From: Daphnia carinata
Lineage: Eukaryota
Assembly (NCBI RefSeq): GCF_022539665.2
Contig: NC_081333.1
Coordinates: forward strand, 1,922,001-1,986,000
DNA: 64,000 nucleotides
Direction of reading: 5' to 3'
A program made the translations under genes and the position numbers. A model generated the notes under the pieces. The model was not told where the DNA came from, ran no database searches, and saw only the letters and a program-made list of their open reading frames with translations. This document shows positions 12,937-30,065 of the stretch, piece by piece. Numbering within the stretch: position 1 is the stretch's first letter; the number at the start of each line of letters is the position of its first letter.

Positions 12937-14154
12937 CTGAAAACAAAACAATTTAAATTGAAGCAAATGTTAGGGTAATTTTTTTAAATACAAATAATTT
13001 TACGGTCGTCTGTGCACTGCAGAATGAAATCACGACAGTTATCCAAATGAATATCGTCATCTTTAATGATGAATTTACCGGAGAAATTCAAACGTGTTTC
13101 AAACTGTGGAGCTCTTTGAGGTTTGCCAATGGATCGATGTTCAGTACCTTCGCTTTATATACACATACATTATTCATCCATGACTGTGTAATGACTCACT
13201 CGCCGATACTTGCATCGTAATTCGAAATCAAATGCGGTCGTCATTTCAATCGCCTTGAGTGAATTAACGGCTTCGAAAACTGCGGCAAGGTTATTTCAGT
13301 CGACCGATACACATTTGCGGGATTTTCGGAAGTGTGTGACAAGGACATCTGGAAATATTTGTGCAACAGTTGCGCACTGAGTCAATATGCGTAGGACGTG
13401 CTCATACCTGTGTCACCGCATCTTGCATATTCTAATTGAAACATGGTAATCAGGATGCAACCGCAGAATAGCTCATTCTCGTCAAGGATAAATGCATCGA
13501 TTGTGTAGCATCAGTTTCCACCTTGTTCTAATGAAATAATGTGTCAACTTTCAACCACAGTCGTTGCCAAGGACGATCTCTATAATTTCTCGTCCGATAT
13601 CGTAACGAGGCACAGTTGAGGTCTTTTCTATTATTAAGTTAAGCTGCTGTATTCGCGGAAATGTACCTGTCCATGCCTGATTCTACATTTTTAAATGAAT
13701 AAGCTCTCGGGGTTTGAAAATTCAAATTTAGGTTTTGGACGTGGATTTGTCATGTCAGTGGAAAAAAAAAAGAAGAATAAAAGCGAATATCTACTATTAA
13801 TATTTAATGTAATCACGATAACCATTTCGTTTGCGACCAATAAAGCATTTAAACTTTCGTAATAGAGAAATAGAGATAGATTTAGGGCTATCATTTTGTA
13901 TTGATTTAGAATTTGTAAAGCCGATACAGTTTTCAATTCTATTAAGAATTTTAGATGTCTGCCCGATTTTTTAATACTTGCCAATTACGCCAATCATGTC
14001 GTTCTACACTGTCCATGTAATCACCAACTAATTCATTTGCGATAACATAAAGATATTCAACGTTAAGTTTTCCGCTTTTGAAAACTTAACAAACAAAAAC
14101 ATCGCATAGGAATTTACCGATGATTAAGGCTGGTGTTTTCTCAGATCAAAACGT

Positions 14155-14831
14155 TTAAGGGCTTTTAGTTGGCTTAGGTGTCTTTGGGGCCTTGGTAGGT
14201 TTAGGGGTCTTTGGGGCCTTGGTTGGCTTAGGGGTCTTGGGTAGTTTAGTCACTTTGGCCGGTTTAGTTGGTTTGGGGGTCTTTGGAGCACGGGTGTTTT
14301 GACGAAGCTCTGCTTCCTCTACTTCCCTTGGCTTACGTGAAGGATGGGGTTTTCTAGTCTTTGGTCGATGGGATGGATGGTGGGGCTTACCGGTCCCTGG
14401 GTGACGAGTACCCTTACGACGAAGCTCTTGCTCCTCTACCTCCCTTGGTCTACGTGAAGGATGAGGCTTCCCAGTCCTTGGTGGATGGGATGGATGATGG
14501 GGTTTACCGGTACCTGGATGACGAGTACCCTTGTGACGAAGCTCAGGCTCATCAAGAAGTTCCCTGGGTTTGCGAGTGAATGGCTTACGAGTCACTGGTA
14601 ACTTTGTGGGCTTTGGAAGGGCAGTCGGTTTGGGCTTGGCTGTTGGTTTGGGAGCAACAGTTCCCTTCGGTTTCTTCGTCGTCTTGGCCTCCTGTTTAGG
14701 TAATGATCGTTAAATCACGCAAATATGTAAAAAAAAATCTACGTGGCAACTGTTAACAGTGTAAATGAAATGCTTACCGTGGCGACGGCGACGCAGACTG
14801 CGATCAGGACGAGGATAGCGAAGAGTTTCAT
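14155..14831 (-). CDS. Secreted Pro/Lys/His-rich repetitive precursor, 196 aa; exons 14778-14831 and 14155-14691
   Basis: Signal peptide MKLFAILVLIAVCVAVAT|EA, phase-0 GTAAG...CAG intron, then four cationic Pro-rich blocks separated by R(K/R)PR-E(L/V)..E.ELR spacers. Confidence 0.85.
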
Positions 14832-14870
14832 TTTTCAGCGGCTGTCAGGTTGAAAGCCAGGTGAAGCTGT

Positions 14871-14904
14871 GGACTGACTGCTTCGAACGAGCTGTCATTT
14901 TATA
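14871..14904 (-). promoter_or_regulatory. TATA box plus Inr core promoter of the secreted precursor gene
   Basis: TATAAAA at 14904-14898 and arthropod initiator TCAGT at 14877-14873, at canonical spacing. Confidence 0.7.
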
Positions 14905-16170
14905 CTCGTAAACGAAAATTGATTTGAGCATCGATTCGTTTTGCCCACACAGCTTGAACGAACGTAAACATGGCCACGGATAATTTAATGTGCGTCTGGT
15001 CTAATCCATTATATTTCGTAGAGCCCAAGTCGATGTATTCGATTGATAGAACAGGATATTCAATTTTCTGGCAAATACAGATGGTATTAATGCACACCCG
15101 GCACAGCTGCGAACTCAGAACTAGCTAAGCGCACACCTTTTAACTATGGCTATTCTTTTTTGTTCGTCCTTCATCATGCACCTGATTACTGAAAAGTATG
15201 GCTCGATAATTTACTGCGTGTGCGATATGTTCAATGTCAATTAAGTACTATTTATCTACGCAATAATGTAACGCAAATTTTTATTCCGTAGAAGTAAACT
15301 GAATGACAAAGGCTGTGCCAGTTGGTGGCGCTTGTCGACATCGTAAATGGATGCAGTTAGGTCTGTGTACGAGTTAGAAGAAATTTTAGCTTGCCTGTCT
15401 AGGGATCGTGTTGAAACGTGACACATAAATTCATTTAATGACGTTAAAGTTGTTTTTGCAAAGGACGCATCTCCGCTGCAATTCGTGGTTTATGGCAAAC
15501 GAAGATACATCCGTCCGGAGTTGCTTTTTCAGCATACAATCACGCAATCCAAACGCAGCTGCATGAGTTAGAAGGAAAGCAGGGATGAGATAATAACGAT
15601 GAATAAATAAATTGGGCATGAATAAGCCAACGAAAATCTTGGAACAAACACAGAACGAAATGTTTTAATATCTTACAGAATAAACACCACCATCCTAATG
15701 AGATATTCTAGTTCTGATAGAAGAGACGTGAGATGTTTGCACAAAAATTGTAATTGGAAACTTCTTTTTTAAGGAAGGTCGTGCGCGTTAAAATATTACA
15801 GTTAATGTGTGACTGAAAGCAGCGGTTCTGCGAGTTTTGACAGTGATGATGTTGGCTGTTTTCTCGGTTTGTATTTGGATTCTATGGAATGGATTGCGTC
15901 CAATCCGCCTCGATGGCGCGAATACAAACAATCGATACTCTGGGAAAAGAAATGAAATAAAAGGTCACAACCTCGCAACCGCGGATTCCGTACACAGTTG
16001 CATAATTCAGGTGTGCATCTAATGAAACAAAAGAGTTCTATTCTAATTGCGCCCTTAAGCTTGCCAGTATCGTCTTACTCTCCGCAGTCGCACGTTGTTT
16101 GTTTTAAGTCATCCTCCAGCTGCAATTACATCATCAGTTCTGAGCTGTGCTGAATCGAACTTGACACATT

Positions 16171-16981
16171 ATGTTCGAGCAAGAGGCAAACGATCTTCAA
16201 GTGAACGACGTAGTAATGCAAGAACCTGCCCATAGTCACGTTGATAGCGATTACTTTAGTGAAACTGAAGAAGATTCACCTGTGGATGGCGAAGGAGCAA
16301 ACGACCCAAGTGATCCAATTGTTTGTTCAGTTTCAGATGATTGGATAGAGATGGACTTGTCAATGGACTCTTTGCGATCATTAGGTTTCTTAAGTGGTAG
16401 GTTAAGTTACTTTAAATCATTGTGAGGTTTATTAATCTAAAGTTTATTTTGCAGATACTGATTTTCAAGCTGTTTTGGAATCTTTCGCAGAGTTCACGAG
16501 CCACCAATTACGATTGGGCGTGTCTAATCCGAGGGAAATGGAAGGTAAGAATATTTGAAAATTGCATCTTCGTTAGCTTCTGACTCATTTGTGATGTTAT
16601 TATTGCATAGGCTTGCTAAGAAATCATTTAGCATATCTTTTATGGCGTCGTACCGTATTCACCAAACTTCGTCAGCTACCACCAGTCACAGGTAAGTTTA
16701 CCTGAATTGCATATTAAAAACAAGCGTCTTATAAGTCCACCACCTAAAATGATTTGTTAACCAAAGCGGAAGCTGAACAGCTAAACCATTTTCTCGGTAA
16801 TAAGTGGTACGAGGACACAGAGATGATGGCAGATAATAGAGAACGGTTCAAGAATTTGGTAGATGCAACTTCCGTACCCCAATTGATTCTCTCTACAATT
16901 CAATCTTACTTCCGTAAACGACAACCCGAGAGAACGACAAGGGATGTCGCCTACCAAAATAAGAGACCCCGCAGGAATTAA
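16171..16981 (+). CDS. Uncharacterised 4-exon protein with acidic N-terminus and basic NLS-like C-terminus (KRPRRN)
   Basis: Open segments ~16171-16396, ~16454-16544, ~16611-16691 and ~16767-16981 are bounded by GT/AG and read through in frame; no family recognised. Confidence 0.6.
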
Positions 16982-17483
16982 AGTTTAATTTTCGTTAGAT
17001 TATTTATTCATTTTCAACGCATACGGAACTTATTTTCGATAATCTTATTAACCAAAAGAGAGATTCTATTTTACGTATTTTTCTATTTATCTTTTTTTTT
17101 TTCAATTGTACGAGTATAGTTTTCAAATATTTATGGCCGCTCATTTATTAAGCACAATTATCTTGCTTGATGTGTGTGAAAGATTTCACAATGTTATTAT
17201 TAACAATCACCCCATCAATTGTTCTAATTTCATTATTAAGATTTTAACTGCATTTTGTTAAGATAACTGTTCTTATTTTCTTTTCGCTTTGCCTTTTTAA
17301 TTATTTTTCAATATTATAATACAGTACTTTATATACAAAGGGTTCCTTACAAATATAAACTTTCTAGCACAAGTTAAATGGCATTTGTAGCCACGAGTAA
17401 CAGCTTATCTTTTGAGGCGGACTGTTTGATTTATTTTTTTTTTATCTCGTGCATGTTTTATTATCTGAAGTCGAACACACGAA

Positions 17484-18293
17484 ATGGCTGACTTGCTTCC
17501 CCAAACGAATGTGACAACTTTCGAGTGTCTAAATGTCAGAAAAGTGTTTACAATAATGAAGTGGAACAACTATCTGCCATTCTTTGTGGCCTCGTCGTAT
17601 GTTGGGGCTATCTTGTTGGCTTTAGCACTTGTGTTTTGCGTGGGCAACATTAGGAATTCAACACCATTCGTTCAAGACATTTTATTTCTATCCTTTCCCT
17701 TAACCGGTGTTACGGTGCCATCATACGTGTTTTATTCTGTTCTTCTTTTCTCGTTAGCGCCGACTAGTGCAATTGGATGTGCCATTGCCATTTTGAAATT
17801 TTCAATACCTCGAGGTTTCACCGTGTCATTCTATACGTTCCAGATGATTTTCGGAATCATATTGCTCTTCATGCAAGATCAATCAGCCAATAGATTCGAC
17901 CTGGAAGTAGAATTAATCGAATCCGTAATGCAGTACAACCGGATCACCAATAGAGACGATGCTCAGAAATGGGACGAAACGCATCGAAACCTCAAGTGCT
18001 GTGGCTATGACAATTATCAAGACTGGTTCGTTACGCCGAATGAAATAAGAACTGATGTCCCGGACTCCTGCTGCCTAGCACCGATAAGGAAATGCGGCGT
18101 GAATGCGTCCAAGATAGACCGAATAGAAGAGAAAATACATACACGCGGATGCTATCCAGTCTTATCTGCTCGACTGCTGCAAATTAGACTGATTTATTTA
18201 AGTATTGTATTCGTTGTTTTGAGCATTCCTTTGATTGTATTTACCCGGAAGATACGGGCATGGATTAAAGCCAGAAGAAGACAACACGATTAA
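17484..18293 (+). CDS. Divergent intronless tetraspanin (CD63-like large extracellular loop)
   Basis: 269-aa ORF with four hydrophobic segments and large-loop motifs LKCCG, VPDSCC and GC. Confidence 0.85.
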   Translation: MADLLPQTNVTTFECLNVRKVFTIMKWNNYLPFFVASSYVGAILLALALVFCVGNIRNSTPFVQDILFLSFPLTGVTVPSYVFYSVLLFSLAPTSAIGCAIAILKFSIPRGFTVSFYTFQMIFGIILLFMQDQSANRFDLEVELIESVMQYNRITNRDDAQKWDETHRNLKCCGYDNYQDWFVTPNEIRTDVPDSCCLAPIRKCGVNASKIDRIEEKIHTRGCYPVLSARLLQIRLIYLSIVFVVLSIPLIVFTRKIRAWIKARRRQHD

Positions 18294-18743
18294 TTTGTGA
18301 ACAATGACATTTTTAATAAACGTTTAAAATATATTCCTTTGATTCACTACTGAAGTACAAATTATCCGGCGTTGCGTGCACTCAACAGAAAATTGCCACT
18401 TGACAACTTGATTCGGGTGAACTTCCATTATCAATTGCTCAGCTTATTAAACTCGAAGCGATAAGGCGCTTGTGCGAATTATTTTAATTTACCCTACACA
18501 TTTTTATGTTGATTTGTTATTCAATGGATACAAGATTTTGGTTTCGTCATTTAAAAAAATTAATTTCATTAATATAGTTATATTCATAACTAGAACTGTG
18601 CAAGAAATTGGAATTTGAAATTCATGATTGCGATTTTGCGACATGCGACTTCCTCGCATCACAATAAAAAAGCATAGAGCAGCCATATCAATTGTGCAGT
18701 AGTGTATGCATCAAGTAAAACTTTTCTGCCTGTCACCGTCAAC

Positions 18744-20372
<1,629 letters not shown>

Positions 20373-20498
20373 AAACTTTTGTTAAAGTGTCGTGGTATTT
20401 GAAACGATAAATAAATCTCAAGATTCGATGAGAAATGCAAATTTTATTTGATGAAATTATTCCAAGTTCATTGGATATTTATTAACGAGAATACGATC

Positions 20499-21590
20499 TT
20501 AAACAATCATTTCTAGTTCACGAGCATACTCTATCGCTTGTTTAGCTAATTCAAGTGCAGTCAAAGAGTCGTCGCATTTTTTCACGTCAATTTGGAAAAG
20601 GTAATAGTCTCCAGAATTCAACGACCATTCTCGCTGTAACGGGAGTTTAAGTTAGAGTTAGTTAAATTTTGGATTTTATGAACTATGGTCTATACCTTAT
20701 TTCCATATTCTTTCATAGAGTTTATGTTGGTAATGCTTAACATTTTTGCTGCTTCACTAAGGTGGATTTTGTCAAATGATTTCTCCATGCACGCTGCTAT
20801 CTCATCTCGAATAGTGTCAACCAGTATATCGAGAAAGTAATTGAAACTCGGCGCCGGGACTTGATTTTTCGCGTGGAATATCTTTCAACAGAAAAAGGTA
20901 TTGGATAAGAAGTTATCGGCTTTTTTACGTTAAAAAATACCTTATTGTAGCATCCTTCCATCAAATATTGTTCAAGAGAAACAGGGTAGTGAATAAAAAT
21001 ATTATTTTGAATATCATTAGGTGATAGAAGTTCCAACTCTGTATGGAATTCTGCCACACGGTTTTGGGTAAGAAGCCAAAGTAAATTCAAACCCAAAAGT
21101 TCATACTTTAAAGGAGACTCTGGTAGAAAATTGCTAAATTGAAAAGTGAAAATTAAGCAAGGCTTCAATTTCTTTGGGAAAAAATTTTACCTGAAATCCA
21201 AATAGTATGATTTCAATTGTGCCACATATCTCTCAAATGCTGGAATATCTTTAGCAGAAATGCTGAAAAGGGCTCCTTTTTCCAAGACATTACCTAAAGA
21301 AATTGCTTTTAATATAAAGAATCTTTGTCCATCAATTCAGATATACGTACGACCAAGCAAAAGATCATCTTTCACAAGAGGAGCACCCACCGAAGGTAAA
21401 TATGCGATTTGCGTGAGGCCGATCTATGTAAAACATGTATGAAAACAAGCAATTCTGAGTTGAAGTCAAAAGGTCGAGGTACCTTTAGTTTTTCAAGAAT
21501 TTCAGAACATTTCTTCACGTCTGAAAATCCCTTTTCGTATTCACTTGAAAGTTGCACATATAAGCTGTTCAATTCATTTCGGTGAGCCAT
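20499..21590 (-). CDS. PSMD8: 26S proteasome lid subunit Rpn12
   Basis: [41 protein letters not shown], terminal [13 protein letters not shown]. Confidence 0.93.
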
Positions 21591-22026
21591 GGTGTCTTGT
21601 ACTATTTTCTTAGTGCTGGTGCTGCTGATGGCCAACTGATTTGACGTGACTCTCAAAAATTCAGCGGGTTGTCGTCTGCAACTGGCATCATACGTTAACA
21701 CACACACACACACAAATTAAAAGCAACACCGCAGTTGTCATAAAAAACGAATAATCTATCTTAATCATTCGAATGAAAATTTATATACAAATTAGAATAA
21801 TGTACGCCTTTCTACGGAAAACACAGTAGGGAAAGAAAATGCTTTACCTAATTTGTACTACCAATGTTTAAAAATAAATTGCATTATTAAATATTGTGGC
21901 AACACGGCCCAAAAATTATTATTTGGCGCTAAAGAAACAAAGTAATTGTAGTTGGTCTGCTTCAGTTGTAGAAGACGTGCGAACTTGAAAGTAGTGTGGA
22001 ATAATCGGTATTTAATTTTGCAAAAA
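21591..22026. promoter_or_regulatory. Bidirectional promoter Rpn12/MCM5 with E2F site TTTGGCGC at 21922-21929
   Basis: Head-to-head start codons ~440 bp apart; consensus E2F site ~100 bp upstream of the MCM5 ATG. Confidence 0.6.
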
Positions 22027-25209
<3,183 letters not shown>

Positions 25210-26405
25210 AATCTTCAAATGTTCGAACTACGCAACATTTTAAAACGCCACTGTAAAAATCCTGCGCTGTCTGCATGATCAGGTATATTCGCATCCTTCA
25301 TCTTCAGTTTAATACATCTTACGTATCTCAATAAAATCATTGGAAAAAAATAAGAATGCTTCGTTCAATATCATTTCGACTAAAAAGAATATCACCCTGA
25401 CGAATACAATTTTTTTTCAGAATTTCATGATAAGTGTTCCTTTGTTTTGAAACGAAATATTTGACTTTATGGCGAAAAAATCAAACTAATGGCGAAGTGA
25501 TAGGAAATCTAGTCAGACTAACAGTTGTTTTTTTTAAATCCCTGTCAATGAGTGATTTTTCCCGTTATGGGCTCTAGTAAAGACGTTTGAAAGATCTTAG
25601 GTAGAATACTCATTACCAATAGCAGATACTTATATATTGTCATACATTTTAATCTTTACTGCATGTAAGTCATTCCTGAAACCATACTGAACTTCTAAGA
25701 AGCTCCAAAATATGGGAATCCGTTTTACCCAAAAAAAAAAAAAAATTTCGGCCTTTTTTTCTTTTTTACAGCTATGGCCATCTATCGGCCAGATTCCTAC
25801 TTAATTTTCTAAATACAACTTTACGAATTCTAGCCATATAAATATATAATTTTTTTAATTAATAACTTTATTTCATTAAAATATAACTATACAATAATTA
25901 TTTTGTTATATTCTACTTACTTAACTTCATTATTATTACTATTAACTATTAACTTTCCATTTTGTGCTGCAGCAATTATAATGAATGTAATTCTAATAGC
26001 AATGAGAATAATTGCTTGTTTTAGGTATAAATAATATGTTTGAGTAATATAAAGTCATTATTGGTTGTTGCGATGTGAAAATAATACACAATAACGTCTT
26101 TATATTACTCAAACATATAAATTTTCTTAAGTTAAATTTTCATTTGGATAAGTAATCTAAATGTTTAAAAACATTTAGTTTGTGGCGGATAATATTTCTC
26201 GTAATGACTTTTGCGTCCACAAGAGGCGCCTTAAACCGTGGCTCATCGGACAGTTTTTTTTTCAGGCATATTTTTAGATTGGCTTAACGCGTGTAGTCTG
26301 CTGTCTACCTTTACTCGCTAGATAGACCGTCCTCGCTAAATTTTACTTCTTGACCTCTCTATATAATCTTATTTGTTTCATTCTGTTCTACATTTTTTCT
26401 GTCCA

Positions 26406-28236
<1,831 letters not shown>

Positions 28237-29014
28237 TAAGAATCAAAACTGTTGGAATTGGGCAAAGTGTCTTAACTTTAAATGTCTAGTCTACCAGCAT
28301 GAGCGTGAGCGTAAACGAAAATCGTAAATGTCTCTTCTGAAGCTTCAGTGGAAACAGTGGAACCTAGCGCCGCGCGTGGCCAGCTTACGGTAGGAAAGGA
28401 AAAAAAGAAATGACTGAGGCTAGATTCGAACTCGGGTCTCCAGCTTATATATAGCTTGTTCTCTGCAATAAATAAAATCAAACATTCTTTATTTGCAGCT
28501 ACTTACACTCTTTGCCACCACCACTCATGCTCAACCTTCAACAACTAACACGCCTATTATGGGTGTTAGATACAAGGAACAACAAAAACTTACGGGTAGC
28601 GAATTGGGTCACATATCCCGATGATAAGCTGCCTGCATCCACGAGCCGTCTTTCAGGCCGTGGGGAGGCTAACGAACAGCCTACGTTCAACGATCACCTC
28701 TTCTTTACCTTTCAGCTTGTGGTTCGATCTTCAAGGTAGTGAACAGTACTACAGATCGATTTTTAGCCTGGCAAGGCTATTTTTGCCATTTTTAGCCTGG
28801 CAAGGCTTTTTTTGGTGTGCCATTTAGCCCCTTTATAGTAGGCATGGCTCTTCTTTTCTCTCTTCTTTTTTTCTTTCTTCTTGTTTTCTCTCTTCTTTTT
28901 TTCTTTCTTGAAGGCGTAGAATCTTGCGTCTTGATCTGTTGTAGAAGCTTGCGTAATCCGATGAATCTTGCGTATCTTGAATGAAGATTTGGAGGGAAAG
29001 GGAGGGGGGGAAAT

Positions 29015-29087
29015 TGGCGGTGTCGGGACTTGAACCCGGGGCCTTCAGAATGCGAAGCGAAGGTGGTAACCACTGTGCCAGGACCGC
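29015..29087 (-). pseudogene. Degenerate tRNA-Ala(CGC)-like / tRNA-SINE unit
   Basis: Reverse complement GCGGTCCTGGCACAGTGGTTACCACCTTCGCTTCGCATTCTGAAGGCCCCGGGTTCAAGTCCCGACACCGCC has A-box and B-box (GGTTCAAGTCC) and partial acceptor pairing, but poor D and anticodon stems. Confidence 0.6.
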
Positions 29088-29399
29088 ACATATCAAACAA
29101 ATTTATTTTTCATCGACCTTCGTTCTAATACCGGAGCTATATAATATGTGACTAATAGTGGTGTCGCGCTGTGGAAGGGCGCTGTGGTATAGCACTGAGA
29201 TCATACGTCGACTGTCCGTGTTCGGTTCTTATAGACGCGCTTCAAAAAAAATTTTATTATTTTTATAAATGTAAAAAAAATAAAATAAAATAACCCATTT
29301 TATTTATTTTAGAACAGTATTAAATCGAACACATTTTTAAAGAAATTAACCAGTGCCCGTCAAAGCCAAACAAGTTACCAGAAAAATTTAAATTGGCTA

Positions 29400-30062
29400 T
29401 GGAAATAAAACCATCGGATTGCCCCATCATATTTGTTTAGTTAAGCAATAAAGATATGGTTTTTTCCAAAAATAATTGTCATCGAACTTTCAACGTTATA
29501 AAGCCTCAAGAGAATCACAGCGTTTCCCAATGAACAGTGTGTTGCTCACCTAGATAACAAAATTGTGTGAGAGGCCACGGGTTCATCATGTCTCAACAAC
29601 AAATTGTTCATCATGGTTGAACAAAATAGATTCGTAATTCCTACGTATATATTCAAGGAACTCTCCCCAGCTTTTGCAATTGGGTCAAGTGCTTGTCAGA
29701 AATTCAGTCGGAGACTTGAGTCTTAAAAAATTCGGCGTGCGATATGTTTGGCACAGACGTTTGGAGGATCAAATGGAGTTCGTGGTGTATCCTAGTCAGT
29801 GTTACTTTCTGAAAAGCGTACCGTTCACCATTGTCCGCTTGGTGGCTCTTATTGAGGAACATTTTACTTTTGAGGTTCCATAGAAGCGCCAAAAGCAACA
29901 GCGGTTTGGCCAAAAATCTCAAAATCCCGAGAAATCCCCAGAAAATTAAATAGGCCCTGGATAATCCCGGAAACTCTAGATTTCCATAACTGCACCCTAG
30001 ATTCCAAAAATTTTCCTTAAATCCCACTAAATAGGGTAATATCCCTAGAAGTGGAATGGCTG
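29400..30062 (-). mobile_element. Decayed DNA-transposon end with coding remnants
   Basis: Reverse complement starts CAGCCATTCCACTTCTAGGGATATTACCC with repeated gggattt subterminal motifs, followed by a stop- and frameshift-broken reading frame. Superfamily not determined. Confidence 0.4.
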
Positions 30063-30065
30063 GAT

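Noticed and set aside
14155..14600. Regularly spaced repeats considered as a CRISPR-like array
   Set aside because: They are in-frame coding repeats of a eukaryotic secreted protein; no cas genes.
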